A DNA stretch of 64,000 nucleotides, taken from the NCBI GenBank assembly GCA_010909165.1, contig VJWM01000016.1, positions 186,001 through 250,000 of the forward strand, written 5' to 3'. The stretch comes from Anthoceros angustus. Its lineage: Eukaryota; Plantae; Anthocerotophyta. The notes under the pieces were generated by a model. That model saw only the letters and a list, made by a program, of their open reading frames with translations, did not search any database and was not told the origin of the DNA. This document shows positions 13,250-24,099 of this stretch, piece by piece. Both the position numbers and the translations under genes were made by a program. Within the stretch, counting starts at the first letter, position 1. Each line of letters starts with the position of its first letter.

Positions 13250-15900
13250 ATTGACATAGACCTCCTGATGTTTTGGGATAAAATACCTTATTCCCTTTTT
13301 CCCAAAGGTCTGCCCATCTTGTTTGGGCTTCTCGTAGTATATATTCCTCTACATACCGCCAGACGCCGTATGATCCGTCCGATACTGGATAAGAAAGTGA
13401 GGTTGTGGTGCATCCAACCTCACGTCTGCTACTTTCCCAATCCGTAGGTCTGTATGCTGCGTATGGCATCGCGAGGAACATTCCTTCTTGATCTCGCAAT
13501 ATCGCCATTCACGCGCCATTTCACGCTGCCTTCCAATGTTTTGATATGCTCCGTGTACATATCTCGCTGGGAAGCTCCTCAATGCTTCCTCTAGCAAAGC
13601 TTCATCGTACATGAAGGGTCTACTGCTCTTCCTCTTCAAAGACGGGAGAACCATTTCCAAGGACGGTCCGAACAAGGCCGATGTGGTTTTCGACAATAAC
13701 AAAGAATCTCGTCGTCAACCTGCAATTCTTCCCACCACTTGTACTCTTTCTACATAAGGTCGCAAACCCACTAACCCATCCTTCAAATGAGCCACACCTT
13801 GGGTGGAGTGCCCCGGTTCCTTTTTATCCTGCACGTAAGGACATCCGCAGCCGTTATGGCCTCGAGGAACGAAATTTAAAACTCCAAACCGCCTCCGCTT
13901 CCCAAAGCGGTGAAGTTGAATAACGCTTGCTCGATGAGGGACCGCATCGGCCAGTTTGTCCGTAATTTTGAACCGTGTGCGACATTATTCAACTTCTTCA
14001 CCGCCGCATACTTCACCTCCGCCCTCGCTCAGACATGCATATATGTCCGGAACTGAACCTCCAATGAACCTTCACCTCGGAGAGGGAGTATATGCCTCCC
14101 CGGTATGTCCGCTAACACGGTAGCGTAGCGCTTCTTTGTGTTTAAGGCTTTTGGAAAAGCAGAAAACATCCGGTCTATTTGATCATGGTGTGACCAACCA
14201 AGAGGAATCCCACCTTCACTTTTTCGAACGCGTGCCCATATCAACGAGCATGTTCAAATATGCAAACAATAGCTGATTCTTGTTCTCCGACATGTATTGT
14301 CAAGTTGCAAATACAACACTTTGGGCAGCACACCATCATAGTTGTGGATGACATCTTGAATGACGATAGTCAAATTGGCATCATTCCGAGGTTGGCGAGT
14401 GCAAAACGCCGTGGCTTTGTGGGTGTAGTTGTGGATCATGCACCACCACGTGAACAAAATGCGGCATTCCTCGCCTAGGTTTTTCGGCCACCTCAACATG
14501 TGCGGTAGCTCTTCTTCTCGTCCATGCCATCGATACATAGCAGCATATACTTATGTGGTTCAACATAACTCTTGCTCCTTGTTTTGTCATCTTCGACGCC
14601 GCTCACACGCTGTGGGCGCCCAATGCTTTGATATTTCTCTGCACATAACATATGCACACCGTAGTTTGTGAGCCCCTTTAAAGTTGTCAACTTACAAGAC
14701 AAAAAACATAGTATGATGTCCAGCAATCATCGTGGCCAGCATCACTCTCCGACATGTGGCAATGTATGTCACGGACACCGCCAACTTGACCTTCCTCCAC
14801 CCCCTCTCCACCCTACGACGGACCTTAAATGATATACTGGGCGTAACACATTTGTCAGGCATTTCCAAGCCCGGGAAGGTCAGTTACAAGGCAGAATACT
14901 TGTAATGTGGTTGGGGGCGCCGGCCCACCGGCGCCCCCTGGCCCTGACCTCATTCCTGCAAGGTCGAGATGGTAATAGCGGTGCCTTCGGCATGCCGGGG
15001 CCCAAGCAATGTGATAGGCACATGCATGGGTTACCCGAACAGGGCGCCGGCCGACCGGCGCCCGCATGACCAGGGGAACCCTCCTTAGATAAGGTTCAGA
15101 GACAGGTGGGCGCCGGTACCGGCGCCCACTGGGACATGTCCTGCGGGGCACATTCACATACTACATATAATCGCCATTGAGGGTTTGGCCACATGGTCAA
15201 CAACCCTCAGATCGGAAAGCAAGGGATAAGGATAACAATGTAACTTACCTTGATCAACCTTTGAGATTGTATTTCGATAGTTGTTTTCAATCCAGCGACA
15301 ATGAGCAAGTAGAGAATCAGACTTTGGAATCTTTACCTGTTGAAGTGCCCTTTCCATAGCTTCAAGAACCAGGTCACGATCACCGCGACCTCTTTGTTCA
15401 CAATGCCGCCTATATTCACTCCAAATTTCTAGTTTTGTGTATGTGTCGGGTAAGTTGAAGACCTCGATATTTGGAAGTCTCTCACCATGTTGAGGAAAGC
15501 ATTGTCCATCCAGGCTATTGCACTTAATGCATGGTGAGACTGCTTTTGGATTCGCCTCATAGCATCCCACTGCATTCAAGATGACTCTACTCTTCAACTC
15601 TTCATACCGGGCCGAGGCAATACACTCTCAAGGCGCAAAGCAAAGATCTAAAGGATCCCCCAAGATGAGTCACAACTTTGACGTTACCATCCTGCAGACA
15701 ACCGTATCGTGGATTCCAAAATGTTTCGCTCTCGCCTCCCCATCCAGAATAAATATATCGTTGTTCACGAAACCTTTCTTTTGTCAACTGTGGAGACACA
15801 TCCGATTGCAACATGCCTTCCGAAATCAATGTTGATACTTTCGACTTCACATTTCCTCATTGAGACCCCCTCGCCTCTCGCACCGGACACTCGTAGTCTC
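13250..15900 (-). pseudogene. Sola-like (DUF7869-type) DDD transposase remnant, copy 1
   Basis: Motifs: YMLLCIDGMDEKK (ORF 14493-14726), GVLPKVLYLQLDNTCR (ORF 14254-14538), HDQIDRMFSAF (ORF 14029-14244), and the N-terminal LPDTYTK..IWSEY...VKIPKSDS (ORF 15154-15597). A GC-rich intron-like segment lies at ~14830-15150. Confidence 0.8.
14913..15129. repeat. Three GC-rich palindromes with core GGCGCCGG-N(2-4)-CCGGCGCC
   Basis: 14913-14938 GGGGGCGCCGG-CCCA-CCGGCGCCCCC; 15042-15063 GGGCGCCGG-CCGA-CCGGCGCCC; 15106-15129 perfect GTGGGCGCCGGTACCGGCGCCCAC. Confidence 0.95.
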
Positions 15901-18599
15901 GCACCAAAGTCTCACTCACGGTTTGGGGTGATAAGATGGCGGATGTCGATGTCCGGACTGCTCGAAATCGCCCCGCCTCAGGGATTGCCGCTTCGCCGTC
16001 GATGGTGCGTGACGGACTCCACCGCAGAACAACCGCCCACGCCGGAGCCCACCTTGGGAGGGCCTTTTCTAGCCGCTTGCTCACATTGTTTGCATGGAGA
16101 TCCTTCCAGTGCATACTGGTTAAGATTTCTTGGTCCGCCAGGCACCTCGGAATGGTAGGGAGGAGAGCCCGCGATGTCGGCCACCTCCGAAGCTACCGGT
16201 GTGCAAAGACTTCAGTTAGAGGATAAAATTCACAAAGTCAACCTCCATTAGATCCGGTGATGAAACAAACCTTCGTGGACCTGAGTGGCGCGAGGAGAAC
16301 TGGAGATGTCTTGCCGACCTGGACGCCTGGGGGCATTCACCTCCGCTCTTCTCCTCGTCGCTGTTTTTTCGGAAGATGTCTTCATATTGGGATTGACCTC
16401 ACCATCCGCAAAGTCAAGGCACAATCAAGGGGAATGAGGACATGTTTGCACGCAACGCATCCACGACGACGACATTCTGACCGAAAGCGTGGCTTACATC
16501 GCCGCCCCTCTGCGGAGTGAGTGGCGCGAAGCATTTTGTTGGGCGCCCGAGGTAGGACGAAAGTGGAGGAATGAAAGAAGGCAAGGTTCATTCTAACAAG
16601 ATACGTTGAAATGTCTAAGCCTTCCGGGAGGCCGCTTTGGATAATCACCAACCATATAAAACCATTGTTGAAGAAAACGCGTCGTTAAGTTACTAATGCT
16701 TGCGTGGAGGAAGTAACGGAAAGTCATTATGGTTTGTAATTAAAACAAACCCACACGCAATGGGAAAAGCGAGACGTTAACTGTAGGTACAACATGGCGG
16801 CGTTAATAATGTGACCCAGGTTCGAACCATCGGCTAGTTGGAGCAACCAGAAACCCTAACTTAAAGTAATTATTCAGGAGAGGTGAACGAGTTCTACCGG
16901 CTTTAAAAGCAAGTTTAACAGCATACAAAACCGGCGTGGAGCGCAACCTCTCACGAAACGCGAGCAATTCCCAGCGCGACGAGCGTTGAGCGGGTCTGAC
17001 TTCTCGGCGGAGAGAGTGAGCGCCATCTCTAACCCCTTGATTGCAGCAGAACGCGAGAAATTGGGAGGAGCGCCCGTTGCTCGTGGTTTTCTCACTTTCG
17101 TTTCGATTGTGAATCCATTGACGCTTTGTTCGGAATTGGGGTCGCTGATTACAGAGAAGGAAGGCCCATCCGAATTGGCCTATGCCGAAATGAAGGTGAT
17201 GGCGGGGGCGACGAAGCAAGAAGGATCGGCGAATCCGGATCCCGAGCCTGCAGGGACGAAGAAAACGAGAGTGAGCGGAAAGCAAAGACAGGCGAGAAGG
17301 CGCCGATGACGGTGTGGAAGACCTCTCTCTTTGGGAGGACATGCTAGCTGGGCCGCGGCTTCCGCAGGGGCCACTCAAGTCCGGAAGCCTGGCTCGGCAA
17401 AGGCTTCCACAACAAAATGGAGGCCATGGAGAGAAGGTGGAGAAGGGTGGGAAGAGGGTGGCTCCTATTCCTTCGCCATACCGAGGAGACAGACGACACC
17501 TTGGAGCTCGATGGATGCAGAAGGTCTTGGACAAGGATTGGATGGTTGTTCAGATCCGCAACCGTAAGACGAGAGCATGTTTTGACGCCGTTATACAAGC
17601 CGTGGATTATGGGTTACAAGGATGCACCGAATCAACGCAAGGGCGGGTGGTGTGGGCAACATTGGACATGTCAATGGGGATCTCAGACATTTTGTGCATT
17701 ACAAGGCCCCAAGAATTTGATGCGGTGCCGGTGGTCCCGAGCTATACAGAGCGTTCGAGATCGTTCAACAATCTTGTGATCAAGAAGTGCGAACCCGCTT
17801 TTGGAGCTTTTGGAATGGGGGAGCAATCAGATTCGCAACTCGATCCAATTTCCGCTTTCCAATGTTTTTGCTTCACGCTTGCTGTCTCTAACAGAGCATT
17901 GTTCATTGCGCAGGCTCTGTGATGGGGAATGCGTTCATCGTGACTTTGTGTGCGGAAATCACACAAATGCTCAACAGTGAGGTCATGGCGGTGGCGCAAG
18001 AGCCGAGGTGCGTGACGAGAGGAAGAGAAGGGCGACAACGAGGAGGGCACCGATTTGGCCCGAGGATGAAGACTATGGGCCAATGCCCGATATCTGGGGC
18101 ACATCGAAGAAAATTCGGACGCACAACAGACGAGGATGCGGGGTGTTCATGCCTTATGAAACACCCTCGTGCATCACCGGAGGTGGTTGAGGGCGCCGGC
18201 GCCGTAGCCGCCACATGGCGGAGGTCGGTGGGACGGGCGCAGGCTCTTGGAAGCCGGAAACCGGCGGCTGCCGGCCGCGCCTCACACCAGAGGAGGCCCC
18301 TGTAGGCACCATCGCATGAGGCGGGAGGAGAGGGGCGGCCGCGGCGCCCGCTTGACTAACAGGGCTGCGAGAGGAGGAAGGGCCTAAGGGAAAAGGAAGG
18401 CGATCAAGAATCGAGCAGAGGAAGGAGAGGACCATCCTCCAAAAGCAAAGAGGAAAGGCAACAAAGCTGCGGAGGGTGGAAAATGTGGGTGACATTCCCA
18501 CGCTCATGTGACAACAGAGACCGGGGAGGATTGAAGCTATCCGGATGAAGACCCTTGACACGGGTCGAGAAGCAAAGATGCGAAGAAGGTAGTATTGAA

Positions 18600-21000
18600 A
18601 CAGCTTGGTGAAATTGGAGAACCTTCGCCGCATCGCACCCGACGCCCGGCGCAGATACTGAGGGTGGATGAAGCATGGGCCAATTATTTGGCTGTTATAT
18701 CGAAAGGGAGGATTGAAGAGGGCGTTTTGCCTTTATTATGTATGATTGATCCTGGAGTGTGATGACATGGAAAAACTAGACAAGGTAGATTCGCCAAAAA
18801 TATGTCATGGGAGTCCTGGAGGAAACCACACTTATGCGGCAATGAAGCATCTTGCGATATCTCTCCGCAAAAGTGCGGTTTCGATATGTGGAGGCTCATG
18901 TGTACGTGGTCTCAAGTATACGGAGATCGAGTCCACGCGAGACCATGTCGATGTCGACAAGCGCCGGAAGATGAATTTTATAGAGGTGAGGTATTTGCGT
19001 GATGAATTGATTATTGCGAAACGGATGTGTGCGATGACCATGACATGGAAATTCAACTTGTATAAGGTGTTGGGGCTTATTGAGGATGATGAAGCACGAA
19101 GATGATGTTTATAAATGTAACAAGGTTGACAAGACCTACATTTTTATGCATCATAAACAAGAGGGTAGGGTATGGGAAAATGTAGACAAGATATTTACCA
19201 AGTGGAAGTGTGGGGAGTTGCAGGCGGAAGAAGCATGTGATAGTGGACAAGCAAGAAGAGCAAGGTGAAGCCGAAAGGACCGACGAGGTTAACAAAATAG
19301 ACACCTATGTGAAGCCAAAAGGTGCTTGCAAAACCTTGGAAATCATTTCAAGGGATTCCAAATGGGAGGTGGGCAGCGCATTTATTATCATAATGAGAAG
19401 TGCATGTGTCTCATTGACCCGAAGGAATGGATGATCTTATATATCGCTTCCTAAGAAAATTTATTATTCAAGTGGCGGCTAAAATACTTGTTGTTTTTCT
19501 TTTCAAGGGTTCGGCAGGTCGCCTACGCTCAATTCCATGAAATGTCTTGAGCCATTCCAAACAGTTGTTTGGCCGGAAAGGTCTTGACAAAGCCATTTTC
19601 CGCATTTCTTCATTTTTTACTTTTAGGGAGCCGGGATATGGACTTGCATGGACTCCGGATATCTAGCGGCCGCCGTGGCGCCATCTTCCGATTAGGAAGG
19701 AAATACCCCCTCTCATGGATGTTCCCCGTGGATTTGACATCGGGCCAATGGACAAACGAATGGATTTATCCATGATGGGGTGCCGTGGTTCCAAAGTTTC
19801 GGAGAAAGCGGAAAATGGCGACTTAGAATTATCGTCATGCATGGTGTTGAAGAAGCCCATACGGTAAGGGAGGCTTTGAAGTGGTGTGCCAAAGGCGGCT
19901 TGGTGTCATTCATTTGGGATAAGACTAACATGAACAACGAGAGGAGGATTTGACTGTGGAATACGCTATGCTTGATGGGGTGTGAAAGATGGATGTTCAA
20001 GGGCTGCCATGATGCCAAATGTGATGCACGGACCTTCTTTCCATTTTAATTCTTTCGGAGGCCGGCCAGCGCCGCTTCGGGATCCTTTGTTGGGGCCGGC
20101 GGCTATCTCGATCAACTGTTGTGGCGCGGCCGGCGCTAACGTCGACACGTAAGCCAGCGGGGCCAATGGACAAAGCGAATGGATTTATCCATGATGGGTC
20201 GGTTCCAAAGTTTCGAGAGAAAGCGGAAAATGGCGACTTAGAATTATCGTCATGCATGGTGTTGAGCCCGCCGTGAGGAGGCTTTCGAAAGTGGTGTGCC
20301 AAAGGCGGCGATTCATTTGGGATAAGACTAACATGAACAGCGCGGAGGAGGATTTGAGGCATGGAATACGTTCAGTTGGATGGGGTGTGAGGATGTTGAA
20401 GGGCTGCCATGATGCCAAATGTGATGCAGGACCTTCAACAATGGAAGATACATTGTGGACACCCTACCGCTGCCAAGAAACAGTTTAATTGCCTCATGAC
20501 AAGTTGGTAGTGTGCCCATACGAGACCATTGGGTCTTATGATGAAACTTCGTGAGGACATTCTCCAAGGAGGGAGTTATTGATGCATGCTCGTGCAAAGG
20601 ACTACGACACTAGCTGCGCTGTGTGGCTTAATCATTGCAATAGGCGGACTTGAGATGCAGTTACATTGCCCAGCAGACACGTTGATGTCTTGCCCGATGC
20701 TGCATTTAGGAGCACTTTTGAGCCGCAAGGGGACCATCGCCTGGGCAAAGAGGTATGTATTAGCGAGAAAGACGCTTGAAAGCCGTCGCATTGAGTGCGA
20801 AGAGGTTGAAGACGACAACCGCGAACTTATGGAGGATGGATGAGACTTTGGATCTTTGTATGGCGGCGACCCGACCATCGACACCCAAAATGACATCAAT
20901 GAAGACCAGGAGGCGTTTTTAATGAGCTTTGACGCATTGTGAGATGGAGCGATGAATTTGCACTTGTAGAAGATTCGGTGGATGCAATGGTGGACTCTCA
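18600..21000 (+). pseudogene. ParB-like domain fused to a beta-class DNA amino-methyltransferase, copy B (frameshifted as assembled)
   Basis: ParB-like part: GGNHTYAAMKHL (18818-18853) and VRGLKYTEIE...KMNFIEVRYLR. MTase part: MDVPRGFD (19715-19738), WDKTN (19915-19929), PLGLMMKL (20526-20549), TFSKEG-VIDACS (20557-20592) and TTTLAA (20601-20618). A single-protein fusion is inferred from colinearity on one strand. Confidence 0.75.
19743..20437 (+). repeat. Internal ~290-bp tandem duplication within MTase copy B, separated by a ~120-bp GC-rich insert
   Basis: GGCCAATGGACAAA starts at 19743 and ~20161. GATGCCAAATGTGATGCA..GGACCTTC ends at ~20037 and ~20437. WDKTN is encoded twice (19915 and 20318). 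Confidence 0.9.
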
Positions 21001-21049
21001 AACAATCCCTCGCGATAGAACAACATGAGCGATTAGCAAAATCACTGCG

Positions 21050-23500
21050 CTTAGCGGGTGTTGGTGTTTAGTTTTGCAGTTGCTTCTCTACGAGAAGATT
21101 CCCGGATGTTTCGACCCCTCTTAAAATTAACAATGGGTCTTTTCTCAAATTTTGTTGTTACACTGGCTCTTTGTAGTAAAGTGATGGCCAGCCGGCCATG
21201 TGGGGTTCGTAAGGGGATGCCATTTTCGGTTTGGTTTTCCGCTAGGGATATATACATAATGGTGTCTCGAAATAAGCGTTTTCCGCAATTTGTGGATGGT
21301 GTCTTTCCGTCAAAGGGTTATTTTTCCTTGAAGGGGTTTGTATATTCCCCCTTCAAAATTTATAGTGTTAGTGCACGAGGTATAAGCCTCGAATGCCTCG
21401 AGAACAGAAATATATTTGTAAGGATTGCTCGAGGTTGAGCAACCACTGGCCTTTCGCATGTGCTCAATTTTCTCTGGGAGACAATGGGTTGCAATGTTGT
21501 GTTGAAGTTTCGGAAAAGTGTTACGCATTGGATGGCGCAGATGAAGGGTCAAAATGTAGAGTACTAATCTAACACACCATGGTCATCGAATTGAAGTTCA
21601 AGGGCATGGCCCGAAGATCATGTTGGAATGCATTGCTTGGATGGAAAAGTTTTTCAAGCTAACACCGAATGCCAATGTTTCAATTTTCAACTTGCGATTC
21701 ATATACCAAAGGAGAGATATTCCGGGACTACAAGCGGGAGGTTTCAAGAGCTGGTTTGACCAACGCCTCTCATTCTCATACATGCCTTATGGAAGAAACA
21801 TTTTCCAAAAGTGAAGATACCAAAGTGTAGTTTTTCAAAATCGTCCAATGCGAACGTTGAAGACAAATGCATCGAGATGACCAAAGAACCGACAAGAACA
21901 AGGTATTTCATATCCGAGTTTTCGCTTTGACTTCCATGGAATCATGAGCACTAATCGACGCTCCCGACGGAACTGTGCGCGTGACCAGCGCGACAGTGGG
22001 TGCGCGCGCGCGCACTGTGCAAGACTTGTGCGCGCGCACCGGTGGGTGCGCGCGCGCGCGCGCACCGGTGGGTGCGCGCGCAGTGCGCATACGCCACAAG
22101 ACTTCAGGCACTGGAGTCGCCGACGCCACACCGTGGTACGCACTGGCCACGCACTGTTAAGGCGAGCAGCGCAAGAAAGCTGCGCCGGGTCGGAGCCATG
22201 CGCGGCGCACCAAGGTCAAAATTTTTCACCATCCATCATGACAGAGGTCCATGAGCAAAGACTCGTGAACATCATCGGCGATCACAGAGAGCGACTAAAA
22301 CTTGCAAAACACCGTTTGAAGTGTAAAGGCCAACCGAGCAAATACATTGGAATGGCGATAGACGGATGGACCAAAGCAAGGCGGAGCTCCACATTTTCCC
22401 TCCAAAGGATTTTGCGGATGGGCTTATTCGGGTCCATGTTGTGGGTTGTTTGGTATACAACAACATTATGAAGACCGGTGGTGTTTGTGAACTTCCCGAA
22501 TATTCGGAACGACGCCAACTTAACTATTCATATCATCCAGGATGTTATTCTCACATATGAGACGGTTTGTCAAGACGCTTTTACTTAAAATCGGACAACA
22601 CGGCGGAGAAAACAAGAATATGTTGTTGTTTGCATACTTAAGTATGCTTGTCGAGAAGCTTCGATAAGGTGAAGGTGGGCTTTCTTCTTGTCGGGCACAC
22701 GCATGATGCAGTTGATCAAATGTTCTCATGCTTTTCTAAAAGTCTCAGGCACAAAAAAGCAATGTCACTCGAAACCCTTATGAGTTTGATTCATCAGGCT
22801 TATACACCCAATCCGGAAGTCAAAATGGTTTCCGAGGTAGCCGATTTCAGGAGCTTTGTCTGGCCCAATGGGATGGGTAAAAGAGGAACACGAGATGCAG
22901 CGGTGAGAAATTTGCACAATCATAGTTATCAACATCAATTCAAAATTTCAAGGGAAGAAAGAGTCATGAGCCACGTAACACTCTTCGTGGCAAGGCACTT
23001 TCTACTTGCTCACATTGGGAACCGCTGAGGGTTTGGAGTTCCTTCTCGAGAATACCAAATGTAGATAAGGGGAGCGCCTTTATGTCCACTTCGGGCATGG
23101 AAACTCATGACGCACCGCATAAATCATTGAGAGCCATCAGAAAAGCCCTCAAAGAACCGATGCAAAAATATCTTTCTGTGGAGGACAAAGTATGGTGGAA
23201 CTCGTTTTGGGCATCACAGTCTGATATTTGCGACAAAATCAGAGGAGGAGTCGATCGAGAACTTCAAAAAGCATGGGAGTGGTACAACAGGGACGAGGCT
23301 GAGCGGAACTTAAATCCCATCGACATTCCAGATGTCTTTGTGATTCCGCTCCAGCCACACAACATGTATCTCGGAATTTTAGGCCACCGGTGCCGCAGCC
23401 CATCGAGTTGGCGAGATTCGATGGGGATGTGTCCGAGATCGACGAGGCCATATGATTTCCCATGAGATGCATGACGAAGTGTGCCTTGATTGCGTGGAAG
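21050..23500 (+). pseudogene. Sola-like (DUF7869-type) DDD transposase remnant, copy 2, with a probable intron at ~21902-22243
   Basis: Motifs: CIAWMEKFFK and KVKIPKCS (~21630-21830), HRERLKLAKHR..KYIGMAIDG (ORF 21944-22471), MDQSK (22366), LKSDNT..ENKN (~22585-22620) and KVKVGFLLVGHTHDAVDQMFSCFSKSL (ORF 22648-23028). Confidence 0.85.
21990..22090. repeat. (CG)n-rich palindromic array inside the putative transposase intron
   Basis: A perfect 22-bp palindrome GGTG(CG)7CACC spans 22045-22066, and CCGGTGGGTGCGCGCG units are repeated. Confidence 0.9.
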
Positions 23501-24099
23501 ACTTGGATTTCTTATGTGACGAACCTTACCTAGTTGTCCGGTGGTGGGTGACGAGAATAGCAATGCGCTTTGAGGAAGGTACCTACGGAGGAGATATTGG
23601 CTCCACACACAATGTTGATAGAGAGGGTTTGCGATAACGGAGGAAGCGACCAAAGCATCCGGATCGATCGTTGATATCGGAGACATTTATTTTGGCATAC
23701 GGGTTCTCCTTTGCAAGGGATAGCACTCTACAAGTACATTGTGAGCTCATCAAGACAAAGTCGCTTCGAACTTCAACATCTACCACCGAAGAAGTTAATA
23801 GGGTTGAAGATATGAGGCACCACCCCCAGAGAGTGCATGGAGGAAGATGTTGGTTGGATGAAAATCCGAAAATAAGGGTGGTGTAGCGACCGGTGATGAT
23901 GATAGACATCCGACTTCAGCTCAAAGCACCAATCGCAACAAGAACCCGCGAGTAGGCAACCTGCCATTGGTGCTTTTGAAGGCATGTTTGATGATGATCC
24001 TAAGACAAGGTCACTCAAGGAGACTAAACACCGTAGAGGATAGAAAGGTGATAGGGTGTTCTTCGTAGCTTTAGGGCATAGGATAGATAGATGAGGTGT

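Noticed and set aside
5940-21000. Bacterial contamination or prophage as the source of the MTase/ParB sequences
   Set aside because: They are interleaved with eukaryotic CACTA and Sola-like remnants, contiguous with intron-containing plant genes, and show no operon-like structure. A chimeric join is unlikely but needs read support to exclude.
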